A DNA stretch of 64,000 nt, taken from Podarcis gaigeae. Lineage: Eukaryota. Below, piece after piece: positions 1 to 11,760 of this stretch (positions within the stretch are counted from its first letter, which is position 1; every line of letters starts with the position of its first letter). The stretch lies in the NCBI GenBank assembly GCA_964106915.2, contig OZ066916.1; one strand, written 5' to 3'. The translations under genes and the position numbers were made by a program. The notes below the pieces were generated by a model. It did no database searches, was not told the DNA's origin, and worked only from the letters and a program-made list of their open reading frames with translations.

Positions 1-294
1 ACAAATTTCAGAATGTCGTCACAGCAATACAAGGGAAACATTTCATTTGTTCACTTAACTGTAGCTGTATTTTTCAATTCTCTGACACTATGAAGAGCAA
101 GATGAACTTCATATAATGGTGTGTAGTATGCCTACATTTTATATGCCTGTCTAAAAGTCATTCCTTACTTGCATAGATGTGGGTTTGTTTGTTTTTACTT
201 TTTTATTGATTGTGTTTATTGTCATTAGTGCTTGTATTTCTACTGTGTCTGAAAGTCACTTTAGGTCATTTCCATGAGTAAGGTGGCTGATAAA

Positions 295-303
295 TAATAG
301 TAA

Positions 304-344
<41 letters not shown>

Positions 345-350
345 ATAGTA
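295..350. repeat. (TAG)n microsatellite
   Basis: Direct reading of the sequence. Confidence 0.95.
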
Positions 351-1436
351 ATTATATTCTTACCATGGACAGAAACTGTTTTTACAAAGCTGGTAACTCT
401 AGAGAGTTTCAGGTAGTGTTTGTGGGACAAACATACTTGGACATATGGGCTTGAAGAAGAAGTGTTAGCTATGTGAGGGGGGCAACTTATTTTGTTGATC
501 ATCAAAACACAGTCATACGCCTCTGTATCTCCTTTGATGTCAGATATTTCAGAGAATTCAAGAGAAACAAAACTTGAATTACCAGGGTTTTCTCAGTAAT
601 CTTTTGCAAATAGTAAAAGAAAGCAAAGAGACTTGGCCTACTACGTACTTTCTATCATCCTGCCAATAGCTCTTTGGGGTATAGTTACTGGTTTTTCTTA
701 GGTGACTTTTCAAATATTCTTTTGCTGCTGTATATGACATTTTGAGGTGAGTTCTCGGTCAGCGGGGAACACAAAGGCAGGGAAAGATGACCAGTTGCTA
801 GGGTTGCCAGCTTTTCTGTGGCACAGCTCCTGTGCCTTTACCAGTTGCATCTCATGCGGAAATTGAGCAGGTGATGCTTTTTCTGACGTGCAAGTGAAAT
901 TATAGGAAAAATAATACCGGCTCAATTTCTGCCTCTGATCCAGCTTTTAAAGATGTGAGCACCTTGTTGGGAGGAAAAAAGGTTGGCAGCCTCTGAGTGG
1001 TTGGTTGCTTATATAAAGCTTAATGCTACTTCAGCCATGCTGTAATCATATTCAGAGCGCTCACCCGAAAAAGCTCCAGAATTGGCCCTGACTGTTTAGT
1101 TTTACAAATCAGATTGGTATCATAAAGTTTAGGAGCGTAGAATGTGCAGATCTGTGAAATGGTGAATTAAGATACATAGAATTACAGTCCATGTTGCCTA
1201 GTGATAATGATATTAAGGGAATTCAGTTTCCAGACTTCTCAGTCTCTCTGTCCCCAACATATAGCAGCAGTTCATGAGCAGCAACAGGTTCTGTCTTACC
1301 AATCAAATAGAACAGGTAAGCACCAGGCTTCTCCACAAGGGAAGATAGCATTCCCTACGTACAGGAATCTACACATATCAGCTTGGCTTTACTGCCCAAG
1401 CCTCTGCCTTTGTGCCTATTCCTATCTATCTATTTG

Positions 1437-1630
1437 AGGAAGGGTCATAGCTCAATGGTAGAGCACCTGCTTGGTATGCAGAAGCCCCAAATTCAATCCT
1501 CAGCATCTCAAGATAGGCTAGAAAGACTGAAATCCTATTTGAAATCTGTAAGCCACTTCCAGTCAGTGTAGACTGTAGTGTACTAGATACAACCATGGTG
1601 TCACTCAACATGAGGCAGCTTCCTATGTTG
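1437..1630 (+). mobile_element. tRNA-derived SINE (squamate Squam3-like)
   Basis: A-box TAGCTCAATGGTAGAGC, degenerate B-box (ATTCAATCC), body CAGTCAGTGTAGAC...GGCAGCTTCCTATGT. Confidence 0.7.
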
Positions 1631-4600
1631 CCCTCTCACCCCTTGGGCAAGCCCATGGAGTCTGGTCTTACTTTCACCAGCAGTGTGGAGAAGGTAAAAA
1701 GTGGCAGATATGTCCAGTATTTCGTTTCTTTTTTTGAACCATTTCTCTTCCAAGCCCCCTATGTTTGCTAGAAGCCAGAAAGGAATGGTGGGGTCTTCTC
1801 TCCTTTGCAGAGGTGCTAGCAAATGGAAAGTTGCAGCGCGTGTCTCTCTCATTTTCTGCCATTCTCCAAGGCAGGGGAGATTCTGGTGGAATCTACACAC
1901 ATATAAAAAAACGCTGTGAAAATGCTTTTTTAAAAAAACATTCTGAAAAATACATTGAATTTTGCATAGCTCAGTTTTGCCATCTAGTGTCACATTTGTA
2001 TACTGCATTTTGCAACACATTTAAAACGGTTTATTTGCAGCTGTGTAGATGAATCTTCTGTCTTCTCCTTGTGGGCCTCTAGGAAGCACAATAGGTTTCA
2101 AAGGGGGACAGGGTCTTGTCCTACTTGCAGGAAGATTTGAAGGGCTGGTACTTGTCTCTGTTGCCAACACTTCCTGCTCATTAAGTACTTTTCTGCCTTT
2201 CCCTTTAACCTTCCATGCTTGCTAAAGAGAAAGGCAGAGCTTTCCCCACCTGCAGAAAGCTTTGGAGGGGGAAAGAAACAGGTATTTCTCAAGCTGATTC
2301 TATCTTTCTCCAAAGCAGAAATGATTAGGTTGTTGGACTCCAGCATCCCTGGCCACTGGCCATGCCAGCTGGGAACTATGGGACCTGGAGTCCAACAACA
2401 GGTTTCCCACCCCTGTTCTAAAGCTTCCTGCAAATTAGACAAGAACCCGCCTCTTCCTCCACCCATCTAGCAAGCAAAGGTGGGCCCTTGCCTTACTTGT
2501 GGACACTTGGCTAAAAACAGAAACTGTTGATTAAATACCAGTTGTTTCTTTTCATAGCCAAACTATTGCACGAGCCTATCTGAGACTGCTATGAGTCTTT
2601 CTTGTCCAGTTATTTACGTCCAGCAGGGAGGCAGGTAGATTTGTCAGTGCCTGCCTGTGAAGCAGACTGTTCTTCATTTCATTCCAGTTTTAATTTGCAT
2701 ACCTCTTTTCTACATTACTGTACACAAGGCAGTTTACAAGCTGAAGAAAGAACAAAATAGACAGCAAAGATCACACACATAATAACAATCTGATCCAATA
2801 CAAAAAAGTCACAATAACTTTAAAATAAACAACTTATATCAAATAAAGCAATCTACAATATTCTTCATTCATTGCGATCCTTGGTAGATTTACTGTGATA
2901 GTGAGCAACACAATTGTTTTTTTCTGGTTTGGAAGAAATTTTAGCTTCGAAGAAACGATAAATCCACCAGATTATAGATGTTAATTGGGTCCCAATCCTG
3001 AACACCTTTAATGATAAGTAATTTTTGCTGAATTCTATAGTTGCAATCCTGCAAAGTAATGAGCTGCTCAGTAGGACTTCAGCAACATAATTCAATGCAA
3101 GATAACAGCCAAAGGACTTACTTCACATAAGGTATTAGCACCATGAGGATAATTCCTATTCCCTCTTTTTCAGAGCTTTTAATTTCTTATGTTACAATTA
3201 AGTAACTTAAACCTTTAAGTCATAGGTTACCCATGAATAAATGTGTTGCACTAATTTAAACTACCACAAATAATCAAATCATTAAAACCATGTTAAAATA
3301 ATTAAACTATGTTTAATATGTGTCTAAAACTATAGAAATTTCCTTGTATTAGAGGAGACTATGACAAATAATTACAGTATTTCCGCCCTTGTTAGTTGTA
3401 AAAGTGTTGTTTACCTGCAACATCTGTTGCTTAATTCACTTTGCCAGTTAGAACTTTCTTTTAATTTGTAAATGTTTAAAATCTGGTCCTTTATTGAAGT
3501 AATACTTTTTATCCCATCATTCATCCACAGTTGCCACGTTCATGAAAAATACTGTATTTTTGATTATTGCATTATGAAAATATGAGTTTTATACATGTCT
3601 AGTTTATGGTCTTACAGATGAAACAATTTACATTCTCCTCTTTCCATTTCATGTGTTCTCATCATAAAATATTGATGTGAACGCATCATAAATGGAAAGG
3701 TATCTTTTTTTCCTCCATCAGATGTTTCAATATTAAGAAATGATGGATGCATTTACAGGGCAATTCAGTTAGTCTGCTCCCGCTTTGTCAACTAATTTTT
3801 GTTGTTATTGGCTGCAGGGCTTTATTTCTTGGTAAACTTCTTATAAATCGAACTGTGGCTGATGTTTATTTTCTGAGCTGCTGTAGACTGTCACCACTTC
3901 TATATAGATTAGGGACCCTGCAGAGCCCTGTCTTCCCTACTGTCCTCTGACGCAAACGCATGGAGCAGAAGTAACTTTTAAGGTATACACAAATCTTCTA
4001 TTCCCTACTGTCATTGGCATGAAATAGAGGAAACATAGTTCTGTGGAACTTGCAAGTGTAGTTGCTGGACTGACACTTCAACAGTTTCTTTATATATTGT
4101 CACTGCCACTTCTGTGAGAGTGTAAGAACTATGAGAATTGTGTAGTCTATCCAAGGAAGACAGTGTCTATTCATGGAAGACATAACTGTCAACCACTGTA
4201 CCTGGACAAAGTCACTGAAAAAGAAAAGTATTTGCAGGGGGCGTTTATGAGCTGCTCCTATTATCTTCTATGGCAGAGCTACAATTTTGGAAATTAATTC
4301 AAAACCAGAATTATTATTTACTAATTTATTAATTTCCTTTTTCAAATTACAATTTCCACAATTAGTTATATTTGTAAAGATGAGAAGTGCTTAAAAAATT
4401 ATTTAGAGGTCATTGATAATGGTGTTTCTAAGGATGTATTCAAATAATAACAAACTATCCTTGTGGATTTACCCCCCTTATCCCCAGATAGTGGTGGACT
4501 CAAATTATTGAGATGTGTTGATTGATTACAGCCGTTAAGTTTCTTAGTAATCAGTTTCATCGCTTATTCTCAATTCACACTTGTACCTTTGATTTCTCTT

Positions 4601-5024
4601 CCACAACAGGGTGATGTAGGTTGTCGTTGACTAATGAAGAACAGAATTGGTTTCGGCATGAGACAAACGGAATGCCGACACCAATCCTGAAATGCATTAA
4701 TCTTTAATAACCCACATCTGCATGTTTATAAATGATATAACCAGGAGTTATTAATGCTGTTACTCCCCCTTGCAAACAGAAACTGACATAAGAGCTGGAT
4801 ATTTCCAAACCACATTAAAGGCATGTGGCTAAGTGTCGTGTGTGACCTTGTGGAGGATTCTGTTGATAAAGGGTTCATGTGGATTAAAGATGCATGGAGA
4901 ATTGCAACACTCAAATACTAGAGCTAGCATTCTAGATTTAGCATTCTTTATGTTCAGAGTTGTCAGGAGAGGCTTTGTCTCCTCTGTTACTTAACTTTCT
5001 ACGGTACTTGAAAATGAATGGATG

Positions 5025-5620
5025 ACTCTTTACTTGCGTCAACCATCGGCCATAGCAATAAAACAACAATACAATATACAAAAAAAAAAAGAAGTCAATT
5101 ATATAAAATACATTTTAGGCTTTGAATCAATAGTCAAATAGTGGAACTTATTCTAATTGCCCCAGCTAAAAACCTTTCAACCGTTGCTGTCACCTGCTCA
5201 TCTTGGTCTGCCAAGAGAAAGGACACTGTGGCAGTGGCTGGGCGACCTGGAATGGACAATAAAAAGGGGGTGATAACCCCATTCCTCAAGTCTTTATAAA
5301 GAGTGCAAGCCAGAAGGACATGCACCACCGATTCGGTACTGCCATCTCCACAGGGTCATAAGCGTTTTTCGTGTGGAATCTGTTGGAATCGTCCCTCAAG
5401 TATAGCCGAGGGCAATACATTCAATCTTACGAGAGTAAAACTTTCTATGGTTCTTGTGATGTTCCAGCCTGCGGGTTTCTCCTCTCTCCATTCAGATTCA
5501 CTTGTTTCTTGGTTTGAGCTAAACTGGCAAACCATGTTTTGGCTTGCCCTCTCAATTTCAGCTTGGAGGGTATGCACAACCCTATTTCCCAGTTCAGATG
5601 TAGCAACAGACTGTGGATCA
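5025..5620 (-). mobile_element. Non-LTR retrotransposon 3' end (C-terminal CCHC zinc-knuckle region)
   Basis: Minus strand reads FTLVRLNVLPSAILEGRFQQIPHEKRL*PCG...ESVVHVLLAC-LYKDLR...FLL-D, the conserved C-terminus of some LINE clades. Clade not determined. Confidence 0.7.
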
Positions 5621-6669
5621 CCTTAAAACAGGAAGTAAGTGAATTAAAAGTAAATGAATCCCCCAAGTGAGGATGATGGAAGGGAAGGACAGGAATCTGA
5701 GGCTCACTCATGTAACATCAAGCTTCTGCTAGTTTACTAGGAGTAAATATTTACTGTGATTTTCTCAGATCCATTTTCCATGTCATACAACAGTCAAGTT
5801 ATATCTGTTTCTACAGTGCTAACATACGTGTCTCCAAGCACACAATGGAAATCTGCCACAAACTGTGGCCAGTCATGATTCTCCAGCATGTGGCTAGTGC
5901 ACAAAGGGTGTAAATCTCCCTTTCATACCTTATGCAACAGAAGGAAAACATAAAAGCTGCCAGACAATGGCAGCAAACAGGAATGTGCGTACATTTGTGG
6001 AAAGGTGAAAAGAAACAAGTACACAGGGTGGACAGACAGGTCGCACAAATCGTTTTAACACTAAAAATTGATGTAATAATAAAAGTAAACATAAGAGCAT
6101 AGTAAGGATCCTGCTGGATCAGACCAAAGGCCTATGCAGTTTCCCACTGTGTCCAATCAGATGCTTCCTGGAAATCCCACCCCCACCTCCGCTCTTAAGC
6201 TATTGTCTCTGAGCAGGCAACAATATTCAACAAAACAGCTAGTGCAAAATAAAACAATTAGTGTTTTGGTCTGGTCTGATGCTGGACACCACAGAGAATG
6301 AGGCAAGGCTGGACTGGAGAAAAGGCAAGGCTACCATACCCTGGAGAACTGCAACTTCTTCTTAGGCATTGCAAGGCCAAGGCAGTTACCACCACCTACC
6401 CGCAACAGCATTATCACACTTCACTCAAAGCTAACAAGGGTTGGGAACAGACAGGCCTTTTGAGCCTCTTGTCTCCAGACTCCATCCCTGTCTAGAGAAT
6501 GCCAGACCTTTAAAGGGCCAACCCTCTGGCCTGAAGACAGGGACTCCTCCATTCCATAGAACTCTTTCCCAGTGCACTCCCTGCAGTGCCAGACCGATGA
6601 TGTGTGATGGGAGGCATTTAGTTCTTCAGGCTCAGGGTACAGGGCCTATGAGAGTCCAGGCTCTGGCCC

Positions 6670-7317
6670 AGGGGGGCCGCTAGGGGGCGCATCGGAAGAT
6701 GGCCAACAATACCATCTCTCCGGCTCACACAAGGTAATTAAGAGGCTGTTATGGGAGTATGCAGCCTCCCTCGTTACCCCAAAGGAATGGTGAACGCTGC
6801 CTTGCCTGCTGTGCCCATAATTCACCCCCAGATTCGAAAGGGGGTGAGGGCACTAGGCACAAAAGCCCTCGTGTGGGTTGGCTCTCCTGGACGCTGTCTC
6901 TGATCTGCGCAGCTAGTTGTGGGAGCTCAAAATAAACAATCAGAACAGAAGCAAACGCACATACTTCAAGCGATGATCGGGAGTAAGGACTGCTAACTGA
7001 AGGGATCTCTGGGAAGAGGAGCGACAGGCTGGACTTAACAATAAATCAAGAAGGAGAATAAATCAAGAAGAAGATTCATCAAAGGATCGGTATGTCGGAG
7101 CGGACTGAAAAGGAGGGGGGAGAAAAACTTTTATTTTTTTGTCTTATGTGAGTACCCAATAATCCTCCCCCCCCCCCCAAAAAAAAAGAATCGTTGCAAT
7201 TACAAATTTTAAAAATTTGGCTGTGTAATTTGGAATTATTGTTATTTGGAATTAATGTGATGTGATTGGCCTGTTAATAAAAATTATTTTAAAGAGAGAG
7301 AGAGAGAGAGAGAGAGT
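6670..7317 (+). mobile_element. Non-LTR (L1-like) non-autonomous insertion with both 5' and 3' ends and a 16-bp TSD
   Basis: TSD GTCCAGGCTCTGGCCC at 6654-6669 and 7318-7333. GC/CpG-rich 5' end GGGGGGCCGC...AAGATGGCC resembles an L1 5' UTR. AT-rich 3' end with AATAAA followed by an A/(GA)n tail. Confidence 0.75.
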
Positions 7318-7379
7318 GTCCAGGCTCTGGCCCTATATGTCCTGATGCTCTGGGATGTTTCTCTGGGTGTTCCTAATTT

Positions 7380-8080
7380 CTGAACCTGAGAACCAACAAG
7401 CTACAGCATCTGCATCTTATCAGGATGAGCCCTGATCCAATCCATACCAGTGTGACCAGTGTTCAGTTCAGAACTTGCTCAACCTCCCCTGACGGATGAC
7501 CTGGAGAAACAAAGCTGTCATCTGCATACTGATGGCACCCAGCTTCAAATTTCCTGATATCCAGCAGCTTAATGTAGATGTTGTAGAGCAGAAGGGACAG
7601 GATATAATTCTGTGGGACCCCATGGGCCAGTTGTCACAGAACCAAGCTGTAGCAATCAAGCACCACCCTCAGCAACCAGCCCTCTAGATTAGTAGAACAG
7701 CACCATAACCCTGTGGCTCCATGCCAAACCCATGGAGCCAGTCCAGTCACTGTATTAAAAGCCAGTGAGAGATCCAATACAACAAGGTCACAGTCCCATG
7801 TTTCCCCCAGAAGGTCATCCTTCAGAGCAACCAGTGTCATTTCCACCCTCAACTGGGACCTTAAACCAGACTGAAATGGATCTAGATCAGGCTTCCTCAA
7901 CCTCGGCCCTCCAGATGTTTTTGGCCTACAACTCCTATGATCCCTAGCTAGCAGGACCAATGGTCAGGGATGATGGGAATTGTAGTCTCAAAACTTCTGG
8001 AGGGCCGAGGTTGAGGAAGCCTGGTATAGATTATAGAATGTCTGGAACAACCTGGCCCCCACTCTCTTGAGCACCTTACC
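7380..8080 (-). mobile_element. Degenerate L2/CR1-clade LINE reverse-transcriptase fragment, interrupted by a MITE
   Basis: Minus-strand motifs GKVLKRV, LDPFQSG-R, VLDLSLAFNTV, VPQ--ILS-LLYNIY and HQYADD (about 7515-7535). Confidence 0.8.
7888..8023. mobile_element. hAT-type MITE, 136 bp (copy 1)
   Basis: TIR CAGGCTTCCTCAACCTCGGCCCTCCAGA. Flanks ATCTAGAT/GTATAGAT form a degenerate 8-bp TSD. Near-identical copy at 62077-62212. Confidence 0.9.
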
Positions 8081-11000
8081 CATAGCCACCATGATTAAGT
8101 TGTAAAAGATGCTATGAGTATTAAAGACTACATCCCAACTATGGATAAGTTTCAGTTATGTATAATAGTAGTCCTAAATTTGATTTTTGATTTTGTAATT
8201 TGTATTGTATGATGCATTGTGTTCAGTGCTGCTAATTTGAGAATAATGGGGGAAATAAAATAAAAAAGAAATAAAAAGTAATGTGACATACTGATTTGTC
8301 ATGGCAGGGACATTTAGAGGCAACATCTAGCCCTCTCCATTATATTCAAGAAATAGACCGAGAAGGTTTTATGTATGTGTGTGAGCATGCATAACCATAC
8401 ACCTGCATGGGCAGAGATACGGCTTGATTCTTTGGGCCATCTTGAGCTGTAGCAGAACAAGCAGTGTTCCTATATCCGGAATGTGAGACTGAGACAGCTG
8501 CCTCTGGCATATTTTCCGGGAAGCCTCCTTCTTACTGGTACTTTTACATTTGCTGTGCAGGTTTTCTCTGGCAGCTTGTTGGTCTGACCTCTGTTCCCTT
8601 TGTAAAAATAGTGAGAAGAAGGGGGGTTGTCATTATTGTGAGCCCTTTATATGGCTTAGTGCCTCCCTTGATAGCCTGTGAATTTCCAGCCATCCACTGG
8701 AAAATAGGATTATAAGAAAAACAACAAGGGTCTTGAATCACCTCTGGGTTCTTTGCATCTTCTGTGGTGTCATTTGGGTTTGAAGACAGCCATTAATTTA
8801 CTGGAAAACAAGAGAAATGCAAAACAACAAAAGTGTAAAGTGATAAACAAATCTATTTAGGGTATAAATGGCATGCTTCTTAGGATCTTCTTCAGTAAAT
8901 TTTATTTGCAGGTTTAGTACTTGAAATTACTTTCAGGCCAGAATAGATGGCAATAAAACATCTCCTTCCCTTATAGTTACCTTCAAAATGCAAACCACGT
9001 AGCTGAGAGGCATACATTGCAAGACAGGGGTTGTAGAGGCGATTGCGTTGGCAGATGCCCATCCCTTAATCTCATAACCTGTGCCGCTATGGAGTTGATG
9101 TCCATCAAGTTAACTGTGTGTGTATGTTTACACTGCGAGGTAGAAAGGAAGAGGTGGTTGTAAGAGGAAAAGATAAAATGCCCCTTCCCTGGCAGTCATT
9201 CCCACAACCTGCAGCAAACATTTCCAACAGTTTATTAGGCATCTTCTTACTGTTTGTACACTAACTGTGTTTCTCTGAAGTTAACATTAATCTAAAAATA
9301 TAAGATTTCTTCCTCTTCTCTTTTAGGTATGTATGTTGGTTTTTTCCAATTATTTTATGGCATTGTTGCATTTTGTATTGGACATCTCAGTACGTACCCA
9401 GCATAACTGCCAACAAGGACAGCCATACTTCTGTCCAGGGTTGGTGGCTTTCTAACTAACTTGGCAGCCCTTCAGTGAACCACATGCTCCTTCTCCCCCC
9501 CCCTTTTCTTTTTTAGTCATGAGGAGTTTAAAACAATTGGGCAACTTGTGAGGCGAGAGTTGAAAAGACAACAAAAACACCAGGTGCACACCAGAGTCTC
9601 TCAGTCACAAATGTTGTGAATTTTTATGTAGTAAAAGGATGACAGTAAATTATAAATCACTGTAGAAATACAATGGAATTTGTGGAACATCATACATTGC
9701 CTGCCTGCCCGCCACTCTAGTTTTCCCATTTTAAATGCTGCACGATTCTGTGCGTTATTCCCAGGGACACTGGGGAAATTGAAGGAAAGCTTTTTTGAGG
9801 TGGTCAAATTAGACCTTTAAAAATGCAATACCTCAGTTCTGAAAATGCCTAAGTATAGAGCAGAGATGAAGTGGGTAATAAAAGAGCAAGCTTTCATCTA
9901 ATCTTTCTCCTAGAGACCCAGGTGGACAAATTGGCAACCCTGTTCACAGCCTTTCTCTCCCCCCTCCTCTTTGTACCATAAGAACTACTAATCGGATCCA
10001 TGCTGCTCTAACTGTGGTTAGTTATTAGCAGAATAAAAGCAGATTTCTTCGAAAGAACAGGTTGGGGTGGGGTGGGGGAAACGACTATACAAAATTGCAG
10101 GGTTGTTAGAATCTTAAATGCACAGCAGTTGATTCTCCCCCCCCATTCTGAATTATATGATGAATAAAGTCTTTCATCTGTCACTATGCCCATTTCCTTC
10201 AAAAGGCAGCTAAATATTAAGCTTTTCAAACAAACAAAAAATCACTAAAGGAATAAATAATGGGGAGGAGGAATAATAGGCAAGCAGATAGCGGAAAGCC
10301 AGGCTTGTTTTTATTAATTTGCTGTAGAAATGTAGAATCATAGAATTTTAGAGTTGGAAATAACCTCTGCTCTAAGGTAGCATACTTCCATACCAAATGC
10401 ATTCCTGTCCATGCTTCTCTGCTGTAAGGGGACTTCACAATCTCTCAAACAATATGCTCTGTTGGTGAACCCTTAGCCTAAATCTGCTTTATAAGCACTC
10501 AGGACCTCACTACTAGTTCAGTCTCTGATGAATCTGATGATCAGTCCCTTTTTTATATAGATTTTGTTTGAGTATTGGCAAAAATAACAAAACTCATGAA
10601 GTTTCTTTCAGAGGACATTAATAATTCAGCCATAGATACATCTTGCCCAGTTAGTTACACAGATTCCATCTGCTGTGATGGGTCAATTTCTCCCACACTT
10701 CCTCTTGTTTCAGCCTACCTTTAACTTTTAAAATTTGAAAACTTCATCATGCTTCCCTTGAGTCTTTGTAATATGGCTTGCCCCCTGGAAAGTGGCATTC
10801 ATATTGGTAAGCTCCTTTTGGTTCGATTCTGAAACGAGCAGTTTCTGCCAGTGTTCATATTGTGGAGCGTTTTATGAGTCTGTTGTTCAGCCTTAGAAGT
10901 TAAGATGGAGTGCCCTCGTGGATTGTTTTTAGTGGGGCAGTTTTCTGAGCTGTCAGCAGGCGAGCTTGGCAATATGCACAGCAAACAGAAGGTGAGGGGG

Positions 11001-11385
11001 AGAATATCTGAACATCCCCTCTAACAACTGCTCCTCTTTTTTCTTTTCTTTTTTGCAAGTGCTTGTGTCATTTGAGTGCCCAGTGAAGCTGTTTCATCTT
11101 ATGATTCGGTCTGGTTTTAGGCAGAGTCACATATATGTTATTTTTCCATTCTGCAAGGCTCCAGCCCCCACAGCATCCTCCTCCAGAGAGGAGGCATGGG
11201 AAGAGGCAGAAGGTCAGGCACTAGAGAACTGTGAGGAGCCAGAGTGTCTTTCTTCATTACTGAGTGAACATTAAGCATTGGCAAGAGGCAAAAGGTGGCG
11301 GAAGAGGAACTGGGCCAGGGGAAGGTTTCTCCCTGTGAAGATTCATTGGCTGTCTTCAGTTCCTTCCATTCTATATTCCTCCTGC

Positions 11386-11412
11386 CTTCCTTCCTTCCTT
11401 CCTTCCTTCCTT
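11386..11412. repeat. (CCTT)n microsatellite
   Basis: Direct reading of the sequence. Confidence 0.9.
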
Positions 11413-11638
11413 CTCCAAAGTGCTGTAGTGGCACTTGTAATGACAACTCAAAGATATTTTATCCAATCTGAATATATTCAGGACCTTCAGCTCTATATAC
11501 AGCATGCCTTCTGGACATTTCATCATCCTTCTCAATGTTGTTCTTGAAATTATAACATAATAATGACAATTGCAGGCCTGTGTTGAATTGTATTTTCCCA
11601 GGTTTTAAAAATCATGCTTCTTTTGATATGAACTAAAA

Positions 11639-11760
11639 CGGGCAGGCAATGTGGTACCCTCTAGATGTTTTTGGACTTCCATAGGCCACAACCAGCATAG
11701 CCAGGATGTGGGGAGTTATAGTCCAAAAACATCGTGAAGGCACTACATTGGCCATGCCTG
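11639..11760. mobile_element. Older hAT-type MITE
   Basis: Degenerate TIRs, palindromic GATGTTTTTGGACT / AGTCCAAAAACATC, TSD AACTAAAA/TACTAAAA. Confidence 0.75.

Noticed and set aside
266-505. Poly-Thr ORF
   Set aside because: It is the translation of the (TAG)n microsatellite.
690-708. TTTTTCTTAG|GTGACT as a second recursive splice site
   Set aside because: Short pyrimidine tract and a weaker donor than the site at 9326; expected by chance.
1437-1510. Possible tRNA gene
   Set aside because: The A-box is present but the cloverleaf is degenerate and continues into a SINE body found elsewhere in the window.
10060-10078. G-rich run as a G-quadruplex
   Set aside because: Only three full G-tracts plus a GG; weak and common.
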